A stretch of 64,000 nt of DNA from Pocillopora damicornis (lineage: Eukaryota), in contig NW_020843834.1 of NCBI RefSeq assembly GCF_003704095.1, positions 620,001 to 684,000 on the forward strand. The letters are read 5' to 3'. Position numbers and translations under genes: made by a program. Shown one piece after another: positions 49,662 through 61,300 of this stretch. The notes below the pieces were generated by a model that worked only from the letters and a program-made list of their open reading frames with translations, searched no databases and was not told where the DNA came from. Within the stretch, counting starts at the first letter, position 1; each line of letters opens with the position of its first letter.

Positions 49662-50563
49662 CCTCCAGGAGGGATTCAAGAGATATTTGCAGAAATTTTG
49701 CAAGCTGTTTCTTAAAGCAAGAAAAATGATTTATCAAGCCTACAAACGGTCAAATAATGCAGTTCTGACACCTTCAAGAAACGGTCTTGTTACATCATAT
49801 GCAAACGCATTCCTTACGGGGTACTTTGCATCGGTAAATCTCTAATGAATTGAAACGTTACCTCAATCTAAAAATATTTATTTTAAGGATGGTTTTCACT
49901 TACATATGGGGAGCCAATTGCGCCAAAAAATGAATCACGAGTGATAAAACTCAATCGCTAGTCCTAGCAACAAATCGAAATTGTGTATCATATTTTTGGC
50001 ACACATTACTCCCCACTCAGAAGCGTACAACGTCACGATCTAGTGATTTTCAAATGCTGCATCAAAATGAATGAAAATTACCATCAGGTTTTCTTACCCG
50101 CGTAGTAAAAGGGTCCCAGTAGGTAGGCCACACCGATTCCAGCCACGAGTGCAATTACAGTGACTTCTTGATAGGAGGCAGTCATGGCGAGGAAAGTTAT
50201 CTCACTTAAGCTAATTCCCGATTCCATAACCATTATACCGAGCAACCTTGAGTGAACATTAGGGGCTGATACAAATACGATTAATCCTACAAAAAGAAGC
50301 AGCACCGACAGGCAGGTCTTCAGCGAGTAAGAAAACTTTTGAAGGAACCATGGAGCGGTGATTTTTAAACCAAGAACCGATGCAGCCATGGCAATGCTGA
50401 CAGCAGCAGTGGGGATTTCACTTCCAGATAAGGCATCTTCGGCCGCCGTGATGGTTAATGTATCGTAGAATAATGAAAGTATTCCAAATACGAAAAAACA
50501 GATAATGTTTCGGGAACTTTCCCTAATTTCAGAGCGGCTTGCGTCCGCTGACATTTCCGCCAT
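48038..50563 (-). CDS. CLN3: CLN3/battenin-like protein, copy B (~437 aa, 2 exons)
   Basis: Exons 50563-50098 and 48885-48038 with the same phase-1 intron position as copy A (FYYAG|LTTW). Highly similar to copy A: PRDHYQYYI, GRSHIFLLSCTCSKVVPYVRV, REFALGLLTIGN. Confidence 0.82.
49050..49659 (+). mobile_element. CR1/L2-like LINE 3' end with (ATT)n tail, in the CLN3-B intron
   Basis: FKIVNNQNCPKQLESYL...RNLRN...VPQSKTSSGRKTFQISGASDWNSLPTELRK...SFKFNL is a typical LINE ORF2 C-terminus, followed by AATAAA and (ATT)n at ~49611-49659. Confidence 0.7.
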
Positions 50564-52474
50564 TGTCTATTTGGCAAATCTTTCGTTATCATACACGATT
50601 GTGATTTGAGACAGACAGTCATGGTCGAGAAACTTTTCACCGGAATTTACAGACAATTTACTATTGACATGAATTCAGATTTATGGCAGCACTTTTTCCT
50701 AGGAAGCATTACAATTTAGGTCATCCAATGACCCCGAAAAATGTCACAATGGCTGGATCATGTCATACTCTTAACTTCAAATATCGGAAAACGTCCGTTC
50801 TAAAAATCTGCATCTGGAATAGACGTGTGTCGGATTTGAACCGTGAACGCACCGAGACTGTCTTCATGTTCCTCAGAGATATGATTAAATTGAATTCTTT
50901 TGGAAACCATAGCGGATTGAAATTGTTATTTCCTCTATTTCTGGACAAATAACTCGGCGCAAGAATGAATATTCAAAGGGTATAAAAACGGGGCTCAAAT
51001 TTGATCAAACCTCGGGAAAGTTTTGCCTACTGCGCATTGTCGCATATCAAATTAAACGACAAGGGTAGGTCAGTAATGCTTTCCATGCAAATTTAACGAA
51101 AAGTTGAAATAGAGAAACCTGTAGATTCATGTTCCTCTGATATGCGAGCCGTAAATTTTATAGTGGATGGTGACTCTTTAAATTCCTCTTGATAGCAACC
51201 TTGAGCTGACTTACTTTCGGCTTTCTAAGCGAAAGGAAATTCTCACGTGCATTTAAGTTACCGGGCGACTCTTATACTCTCTTTTAAACATAAACACTTT
51301 TGATTTTAGCCTGCGAAGAATTCCTCATTACATGTGCTGTGCCATGGGTGTTTCTAACGGTAAGTTTAGAGCCTTGGACTGTTGAGCCAAGCGAGCTGGC
51401 GAGAGGTCTTCAACATATCTGGCACTTATCATTAGTGAATGACGTCTAGCGTTTTTCAAGGACTCAAAATTACTCGCGAGCGAAGAAACGCCCGTTCTGA
51501 AGGGATTTTTTGCTGTGATGTGGTATGCCTAGTTCGTTTCCACATGCTGTACGCCTTTCTCTAATAGCCACTGACTATCAGAGATAGGCGCACAGCATGT
51601 GCTAAACAAAGATGCACAATGTAGCTAAACAAAGCAACTTAGAGGAGATTTATAATTCTCATTGGTTATTGCGGTCATTTTTATTTTGGTTTTCACGACT
51701 CTTAATTGAAAAGCGCCTTGTCAATGAAGCGGTTAAGCATGCACGAAGAACGATGGCTGTGTAGCAAAACATTGATCTAGAATTGCTAGATCTCCACTTA
51801 AGACTTTCACTGCTCTTTGCGTAAATTGTTTGGACAACGATAAGTTCAGTTTAAAAGAATCTGATTAAAAAGACGTTTCAAGGAACTGAATGTGTCAGGG
51901 TCGATGGAGGGAATTTACTGTGCCGGTCCACGTTACGTGACTGCATATATTCTTTCGTTTTCTTTGCAACACTCAACTAGACATAACAATCCATGATGGT
52001 GTTCACGATGTTTTGATCATGGGAGAAAAATTTTCCCAAAATTTGAATTTCGACGGAAGATATTTTAGAGAGTCGTTCGAGAGGGGGAGGAGGGGGGAGG
52101 AGACAAAAATAAGAGAGCAACATAGTCTAAGAAAACCGAAGAAACGTGGGAGGAATCAAAGCCGAGAAAAGCGGTTTCTCTCAGTATTTTTTTTTAGCTG
52201 CATTTTCGTCGAACTTCCTCACGCAAACTTGTAATGTGACCAATATCGACCTCTCTAAACTGATCTGCTAAAGAAAACATAAAGAAATTGGCAAAATCAA
52301 GAAAATGGATGATCAACTCAATCCTTATGTAATTCTCTTTTTTAGGGTCGGTTTATTTATATAGTCTAATCTCCTTTCTTACAAAAACATCCTTCACTTT
52401 CCATAAATTTGATCAGTTCATATAAATATTTCTTTTTTCATTATGGCTAACTATGTTTATAAGCAATTTCATTT

Positions 52475-53476
52475 TCAGTTACGGAGAGCCCCTAAATTGA
52501 TATTTCCACCGCTCAGTACAGCTTCTCCGTGGAAAAAGATTCTTTTGAAGTTTTTTCTATAATTAGAGCTCTGAAAGGCGTAAATAAATGGATTTAAGCA
52601 TGAGTTAAAGTACATGATATAGCCAAGAACTCGATAAATTTTGTATAAAGACTTATAGTTATTTAAGGTGTCTTCGCGTTCTGTATAAGCTAAATAGACC
52701 TCAAAAACCACATATGGTGCGTTACAAATTATGTAGGCTGCTGTAACTGTAAAAGAAACAATGGCAAGAGTACGTTTTGCCCTCAAATTTTCCCTTTTCG
52801 TGCCTGCAGGTGCAGCGGAACAGACAGTGTTGGTAATAAAGATGCCTTTAAGTATCTGGAAATGGCAATAGAACAAACAAATGGAGCATATGATTACTAA
52901 AACTATTGTAATTGTTATTTGCCATTTTATAGTCGAAATTCTTTCAATTGTCCATGGATCTAAACATCTTTTCAACCGTTCATCGTATTCGCTGTAGATA
53001 AAACCAGGCAAGGAGAATATTATTGCAAAAATCCAGATAAATGCTATGCGATAACCAATGTATTTCTGACGTCGACGCAAATTGATTTCCAAAGGCTTGA
53101 GAACTGCGAGGTACCGCTCAATTGCTAAAACGAATAAACTGGAGAGCTTGACAGAAACTGAAACACAAGTCATCGCATATCCAGAGAAAAACTTGCAAAT
53201 ATACGTGCCCAATATCCCACTTGGATGCTCGGCAAAGAGACTCAAAGCTATTGGAATAATGCACCAAATCAATGAGATGATATCAGCAACAGCCACGTTT
53301 GTCAGCAAGAAGTTGGTGGTCGTGTGCATAGAGGTTGTTTTCCAAGCGATTATTACTACCAAGCCATTGCCTATTACGCCGATAACAACCACAATCGCAT
53401 ACAGGATCAATAGGGTGATGTTAAACGGTGACAGCGAGTTATAGAGGCCTGTCACATCGATCGAAGAATTAGCCAT
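52475..53476 (-). CDS. Rhodopsin-like (class A) GPCR, peptide-receptor-like, intronless, 333 aa
   Basis: Seven hydrophobic segments; GN (TM1), NVAVAD (TM2), CK...ERY (TM3), W (TM4), NSCLNPFIY (TM7), helix-8 YRKNFK. Confidence 0.9.
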   Translation of the reverse strand: MANSSIDVTGLYNSLSPFNITLLILYAIVVVIGVIGNGLVVIIAWKTTSMHTTTNFLLTNVAVADIISLIWCIIPIALSLFAEHPSGILGTYICKFFSGYAMTCVSVSVKLSSLFVLAIERYLAVLKPLEINLRRRQKYIGYRIAFIWIFAIIFSLPGFIYSEYDERLKRCLDPWTIERISTIKWQITITIVLVIICSICLFYCHFQILKGIFITNTVCSAAPAGTKRENLRAKRTLAIVSFTVTAAYIICNAPYVVFEVYLAYTEREDTLNNYKSLYKIYRVLGYIMYFNSCLNPFIYAFQSSNYRKNFKRIFFHGEAVLSGGNINLGALRN

Positions 53477-54825
53477 CTTGGTTTTTTTTCGTATGTTTGC
53501 TCACAGCTTTAGGACAACTAATTTCAAGACCAGAAATTGAGAGTAATCAGCCGGCTAAGAGAAGATTTTGTTGACGTCATCTATTGAAATTGTTATGCAA
53601 GGCCTTAGGGCTGTTATAAGATCTTCTTTCTCTTTTTCTATTTGCCACTAATATCAATCTAAAAATAGTGTATTTTATGCAGATCCCATTACAAAAAATA
53701 CGCCTCTATCAGCGTGATGCATCTAGTGAAAATTTATTTATGACTTTTAAGTGAAGAAAAAAGTTGTTTTAGTTTCTTTTTCAGTTTCATGGGGAAGACA
53801 AGATTTCATTTAAGGTAAGGGAAGTGTAAAATGATTCAGCTGAAAAGGACACGTCTAGAGGCGGGACGAACATCATCTTTGACGCAAATAAGCGAAAGTT
53901 GTAAATGAAAGGTCTTGCAGTAAATCTGAAAATGATGATATGAATGTAATGAATTGAATCATAATGAATTGAATAAGTAAGGTTTTGTTAATATTTGTAA
54001 GATTAATAAAGAAGCAAAGTCATCATGAGTTACTGATTATTTAATATCAGGAAGGTTTTAAAAAGATTCAGGGCTGCTGGGGCTGAACGCATTTTAAAAA
54101 AGAGAAAAGCAGTCATCAGATATCACAGTTTTTTATGCGGCTTTAGAGGTCTTACTTTACGTCAGGCCCGAAAGAACGAATTTTTAAGCAACAGGGGTAA
54201 AAAGGTTGAACGGTACTCATGCAATATGATGTGTAATAATGGCCCGGATGGTCATTACATCCCTGAGGAAGAGTTCATAGACATTCTCCTAGGAAAAATG
54301 GTGAAAATGTAAACATAACATAGTCACATGTACCGCATGATCGAACACTTTCTCCAACTTTCAATCAAACTTGTGTTTTCCAATCTTTCGATGTGCTCGG
54401 GTTTTTATCTGCCCTTTTCCATCGCTTACGTCCACGTGGCGTTGCGTACCTCCTCTCTCCTGAGGGTTTACCACAGTATTTATTATCAAAAACGTGTTGT
54501 TTCGATAATCTAGCGTCATATCTATGTAAATATTTTTGAACGTATAACGATAACATTTCTTTCTTCGTCTTTCATTTAAGAAAGGTTATTTTCAAAATCG
54601 ATTAATTGCTGATGACAATCAATTTTTATAAATTAAAGCTTTTACCTACCCGATGTATGTGCACTTGTTAAAATTAAACCCTATTGAACCATGAATAGGA
54701 GGAAGAAAATGATTTTAATATCACATCATCACATGACGTCATTCGTATCTTTCCTGCTTGTGAAAGATGTTCACTTATTCCGCTTTTGTTTGTTTAGAAT
54801 TTCTTTCCATACAAAGAACAAAAAG

Positions 54826-55800
54826 ATGGAAAAATTTTTCACCGATGCGACAAGTCTATACAACTCGCTGTCACCGTTTAATGTCATTTTATTTATCCTG
54901 TATGCGTTAATGGTGGTCATTGGTTTGATAGGCAATTGTTTAGTGGTAATAATCGTTCAGAAAACGATCTCGATGCGCACAACAACCAACTTCTTGTTGT
55001 CAAATATAGCTGTGGCTGACATTATCTCTTTGGTCTGGTGCATAATTCCCTTGGCTACTTGCCTCTTTGCTGAACATCCAAAGGGGCAAGTGGGAACGTA
55101 TATTTGCAAGTTTTTCACAGGATATGCCATGACGAGTATTTCAGTTTCTGTTAAACTCTCCAGTCTGCTCATCGTTGGAGTTGAGCGATATCGCGCAGTT
55201 CTCAAGCCTTTAGAGAGTGACTACCGCCTGGAGCATATTAACTACATAATAGGCTTTCTCTGGATTTTTGCTGTCATTCTCGCCCTGCCTGGGTTTATTT
55301 ACAGCGAATATGATGATCAACTTGGAAGATGCTTACATCCTGGGACAATCGAGAAGACGGCCACTGTAAAATGGCTGATTACAAGCATTACAGTCTTGAC
55401 GGCCGTTTGTTCAATTATTTTATTTTTGTCCTATTTCTATATACTTAAAGGCATTTATGTTAACAAAACAGTTTGTGTTGAATCAGTAGCAACGAGACAG
55501 GTGAACATGAAAGCAAAAAGAAAACTCGCCATAACTTCTTTGACGGTCACAGTTGCATATATCATCTGCAACGCGCCGTTTTTGGTCTTTGAGATGTATA
55601 CAGCTTACACCGAAAGAGAAAAAATTAGGAATAACTATGAGACTATGTATACAGTTTATCGAGTTGTGGGGTTTATCATGTACTTCAACTCATGTCTAAA
55701 TCCCTTCCTTTATGCCTTTCAGAGCTCAAACTATAGAAATAACTTCAAAAGGATCTTTCTACGCAGAATAATTGCGTTGCGCAACAACAGTATAAATTAA
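54826..55800 (+). CDS. Rhodopsin-like (class A) GPCR, paralog of the preceding gene, ~324 aa
   Basis: Same motifs (GN, NIAVAD, ERY, NSCLNPFLY). The start is set at ATG 54826 because MEKFFTDATSLYNSLSPFN aligns with the paralog's MANSSIDVTGLYNSLSPFN. Confidence 0.9.
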   Translation: MEKFFTDATSLYNSLSPFNVILFILYALMVVIGLIGNCLVVIIVQKTISMRTTTNFLLSNIAVADIISLVWCIIPLATCLFAEHPKGQVGTYICKFFTGYAMTSISVSVKLSSLLIVGVERYRAVLKPLESDYRLEHINYIIGFLWIFAVILALPGFIYSEYDDQLGRCLHPGTIEKTATVKWLITSITVLTAVCSIILFLSYFYILKGIYVNKTVCVESVATRQVNMKAKRKLAITSLTVTVAYIICNAPFLVFEMYTAYTEREKIRNNYETMYTVYRVVGFIMYFNSCLNPFLYAFQSSNYRNNFKRIFLRRIIALRNNSIN

Positions 55801-58302
55801 GAGGTTTTTACTAGAAGTTGAAGCATAAGGAACAACTGGATTTTTTTTTAACAAATAGCTGGTGTTATTTATTATGATGTTAATAATTAAAGGGATTTAT
55901 GACCATCCTAAAGACCTTCAAAAATTATATTGTTAACTTTTCAAAGTATGAGCTGGATGACCTTTTCATTGTTGGAAATAAAATTGTGAATTATCGCGCA
56001 TATTTTGAGATTACCAGCAGGAAGAGCAGAATAAAGTGTATTCTGATTGGTGATACCGTCTCCATGGGAACGTTTCAGGGGACAACATGCTTAGTGACAT
56101 AACAGTTATTAGAGCCGAATCTTTCGCCAAGGGCTGTTTTAAAATAATCTAAAAAAATCAGTCACCAAGGGGCGAAATGCTGTGAACTGCTTAAAGACGT
56201 CTTAAGTCATTTTTTCCTGAAAAAAACTATATAAATGAGGATTCAGCATTGAGAAGAGGGGGGTTGAGAGACATTTTGCTTTGAAATCGCCAAATATTTT
56301 TCCACGGGTTTCCTCATATTGAATCCATAAGATCCTTTTTCTTAAAATTGCAGCAATGCATCAGATGGAATGTCGCGAGGTCATGGTTAAAATCCGAGCC
56401 CCGGCCAGCTCGTTTTATTGGGTCTATGCATATGATAGCAACTAGTGAGTTTTATGTCGGCTAAACTATCGCTTACAGCTGTCGTTTAAACCTTTTGTGA
56501 CCGTTAATTTCTTGACTGGAAGATGGACTTTCATGATTTGGCAGATCAAATTGGTAATAAAGGAGCTAGATTTCTTTTCCTTCATGACGAAGCATAAAAT
56601 TATGCCACACTGCATGGCTGAAAATAAACGGAATATAGCAGATGTATTTGTGGAACCCTAGTTTATTAGTGAAACATCGGCAGAAGTGCAGGCCTGGCTA
56701 CCTTTCTCGCGTAACGGGAGGGTTGCGAAATTTTTTTCGGTTTCAGTCCTTAACGGTTATCTCTTTTCGACAATGTTGTTTTGTAGATTTCAAGTCGATA
56801 TCCTCGTTGAGAAAGGAAAACAATGCTTGCCGTTCATTAGTGTGCTAAAAATAAATCACCTTGACTGCGATTATAATAGTTGCCCTCGAATCAAGTGGCA
56901 ACCTCAAAAACTTTCCGGTCCGTGGGATTCCTGATTAAAACAGTGCATTATGTCGGTCTGTTCGTGTACATACGTATTCAAAGTCTACGTGCTTCTGCCA
57001 TGGTGAAAAAATACTGTGTACGTATAGGTGAAAAAATAAACAGCGAAAGCCCAAGGCTAATTCGTGAACCTGAAGTGATTTTAAAGGTAGGTTTCTCTTT
57101 TAAAATCGTCTGACTCCATCGGGAAACAAATTTATTGCAGATACATGATTAAACAATACTGAACAAGAACAAGTTGATCTTGATCGCCAGAATCGGACAT
57201 TTGAACGGTTTTTACTAGTTTTCCGTCTTTCTTACCCTCTTCAGTTTCGTTTTACTAGGTTTTTATTTTCCGTTTTTTTTTTAATGAATAACGAAGAGGG
57301 TCTTTTTTTTAATGAATTTTGCTATTCGTTTACACAGGAACTATTTTACCAGGCCAATATTTCAACATGCAAAATTTCTGATTGGAGCGAATATTTATCT
57401 TTTCAACCAGTTTTCATGGAAACTTCATCTTCAATCGTGCTCTCTGTTCTTTACCAGCCCCAATTCCCTCCTGCTCAGTTCAAGCATATAAAATATCGAA
57501 CTACAATAATAAACCCATGGTAATTTATGATAGCGGTGGAAGCCATCCGCTTATTTAATACCGTTTAAAAATAATTTCGAAGAAGATCTGAGCATTGTAA
57601 GCAGATCAAAGTCGAAAAGACATCTGTGTTACTGCTGTTAAGGTGTAAAAACAATTCCTGACTTGTGATAAAGGCAATTTGAACAAAAAAATTCCGCTGG
57701 CATCGATTTAAACTTTACTAAGACATGTTAGGGGGTAATCAAGCGATTTAACATGTCGTTGACATGTTATATTTTGACAAATAATACGAATATGATAAAT
57801 ACTCAGAATTTACCTATTGCACAACAAAGGAAATGCTTGTAAATTCTGTTTAAACTATGTCTTAAAGTGCACTTTAGCAATAATCGAAAATTACCCTGGT
57901 GTTTCGCAAAGGTGTTAGCTTTTATCACGTTTTTTAAACGACAATTTACTGGCGCTCTGTTTAATCATTTCCAGCCTACTGCAGATGCAGAAAAGCTGAA
58001 AGTGTTATAATATTAATGTTTATTCAAACAGCGTTCCCGACATTAGTGTTTGTCTGTCGAATATTCAATTCCGTCAGCTGGTGAATGAACATCTGCCCGG
58101 GCCTGGGTTCAATCTAAAATAACCCCAAATGTAAATGGTTCACTCTTTGTGTCTGTTTATGCAGCAGGGATGATTGTCGTACATGGACAAATATACTGCC
58201 AGTCTTAAAAGAATGAAGTGAAATCTACGTTTATATACTTGTTCGTTTCACTTATTAGCTTAGAATAGTCGTGAAGGCTTCAAAATTTCGTGAAGCATCG
58301 TC

Positions 58303-61300
58303 ATGGCATCAAAATTGCATTTTGCTGTTTTTCTCTCCTTGGTTATGACCGCGTCTGCCGGGTAAGTTGGACAAGAAATAATTTGTTTTTAGTTTGGATC
58401 AGAAACCAAAGAGTCAGGTTATAGTTCATTAGTGTCTGCACTGTCAACAGTTTTTTCTTAGCTTGTAGCGAGGACCAAAAATTATCTGTAAAGAACCCTA
58501 TGAAAGATGTCATATTCATATTGGTGGATGAAAAAATTACGAATGGAGAAGTGTTCTATTTGTGCGCACTATATCGAAAAGTTGTTCAGTATTCTGAACG
58601 GTGTTTTATCAGGATTGGCTGGACTAAATTTCTCTTTGGAAACGATAACTTCAAATGTGAACACACTGTGTGCAAAGGAAGAATATTTTAAGTATACTTT
58701 AAATTTCCTACTGCAAAATATTCATGATCAGTTTATAAATTTCATATGAAAGGCAAAACGGGGTAGAGACGAAGTTAACAGATAAATGTTTTCCCCACAG
58801 TATAGGGTGATAAAATTCAAATTTCTTCCGTAACATCATTTATGTGATACTGATACGCTATCAAAGAAATGAGCCGTGTTTGAAATATATTGTCAGAAAC
58901 AACTTCACTGTGTTCGAATGGCGCTTCGTCTAATAGCTAATAGCGTGACACTCATCTTCCCACAGAGAGCCACGTGCCTTCAATGAACATCTTTATAATT
59001 GTTACTTATATATTCGCATCCAACAAATTAAAACTGTTTTTAAATGGGAAACTTCATGATTAAAAGCAGACGGTTCTCTTTTCTGCAAGAAATCGAGATC
59101 CACACTCAGGCCTGCGAACAAGTAGTCAAGATGTCTCTGACTTAACTTTCTAAAAACTGAGGGAATCTATAAATCGAAAAATAACAAAAAAAAACTTCTC
59201 AATTGTCTAAAAGCTCCTGTCATGACTTGTTTAACGAGTTTAATTTTTTTTCTCTCATTTAAGTCGTAAAGAATTAATTTTCTTTCCATTCACAAGAGGA
59301 AGTATAGACGTGGAATTTGGAGGGTAGTTCTCCAAGATTTTGATCCCGAGAATCAAACAAGAACTTTTTTTTTAATTCATAATTCGAAATTTCTGAATTT
59401 TTAGAAAGTTACTTCCCTATCATCATTGACACGGCAGGATACTTAGGCGCGTATTTAACCAAATGGAAAACAAAGCATGAATTGTAAATTAAACCTACAG
59501 GAAGAACAACCTTTATTTATAGCTATTCATTGTTAGAAATGAAGGTGTATAGGAAAGTGGCGCCTTAAATTCACCATCATTTCTTTTCACGTTTTCAATT
59601 TCACTTGGCCATTCTTGATCCACAAAAGATTATTCTCTACTTAAATTTTATGCTCACATAAAACACACAGCATGTTCATAAGCTATATATGAACAGCTGG
59701 TTTAAACAAAGCCTTCGTTCGTGGATTTTGCATGTTTGATTGCTGATCGGTTTTCAATGCATCCTCACGTAATTGGTTCGAAATTTAATCCAAGATTCAC
59801 GGGGAAGCCGTACTGGTGTTTGCGTCTCTCAAAAGATACCACGTAATTTTTTTTTTCATTCTTTTATGGAGATAAGCTATTTCTAGAATTCTCTGGTTTC
59901 GAGAAAAGGGTGAGATTTCGGAAGAAATCCATTGAATTTCCTAGAAAGATATATTTCGTGTATCAGGGTTTAAGATTATCGAAACTTAACTTCTTCCCAA
60001 TTTCGTATTACTGTTTCCAATGAAAATGTAATCTTCAGCTCGATAGTTAACAAAACTAAATGATAAAAACGCTGGGAATTCCAGGTGTATTCATTCAAAA
60101 GCGTGAGCGTTAGAAAGGGTGATCGTTTTTGAGTGTGATCTCTTAATAGCGCGATCGTTTTAAAACGTGATCGTTAAATGCGTGAGCATCAAGTTGAATG
60201 GACATTAAAAGTGGAATTCTATTAAGAGTCAAATTACCATTTTAAAGTGGTAGTAGGTGGCAAAATATGAATATGAGCGAATGAAAGTTTCCTGCAGTTA
60301 TTAAGAAGTCGCCTAATTTCTTGCTTTTAACCTAACGTTTGACAATCTCACGCCCTTTCCCGGTATAATCGCTATATTTTTTATGTTTTTGCCACCTCCC
60401 TTCTTGGTTGAATGAAATAAGACAAGAAACACCCCTCATCTATGAATTTCCTTCCTCAATTAAGCGCAAAACTGTTTATACATCATAGAAATGCCAGGAG
60501 TTGGCGCCTCACGGACAGATTTGTCTTGCAATATCTTTTGATAATTTCTTAGGCTTGACTTGAATGAGCCATATGACTACGCAAATAATGTTTCACGACA
60601 GAAACCCTTTTGCAAAAACTTAGTTTCAGGCACTGAGTAAAGAAAACGTTTCTTAGATCTACGGTGACTGAGCACTTCATGAAAAAAGGAAAATATTATT
60701 CATTCGAAACTGACCAATCACAGGAGACGAACGCTGCCTGGTTCTGACTGATCAGTTTCAAGGGATCAAGTGCATGACCCTTGACTGACAGAAAAAAAAC
60801 TTTTCTGATGATGACATATTCTTCACAAGCTTTCGTGGTCCTTGATCTCCTTTGGGAAAAAGAGTTTCTCCATATATAATATTATTTGTTATAATTTGTT
60901 GGCTTTTCGAGGTTTCGTGGATAGACGGTGGCTTAATGGTTAACGTGCTGGACTCCGGGTCGATAAGGCTCGAGTGCACGACGCAGGCGGGACATTGAGT
61001 TGTGGCCTTGGGCAATTAAGACACTTAACGCACACAATACCTCTCTCCACCCGGGAGTATAAATGGGTACTTGCGAACTCTGTGGGAAAGCTTACGAAAA
61101 CCTTTTACCTTTCAAAACGTGAATCACTCTTATCATCACCAATGGTCTATAGGAGTACCTTCTTTGTTCATTGACACGATAGGATCTATCATTTCACTTA
61201 ACACTTTTTCTAAAGACTCATGAAATATTGCTCGAAGAGCAACTTTTGATATCAAATGTTTATCGACAGAAATGTTCTCACTCAGAAGTCCAATCAATTA

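Noticed and set aside
54691-54825. N-terminal extension of the second GPCR given by the ORF track
   Set aside because: No counterpart in the paralog; ATG 54826 aligns with the paralog's start.
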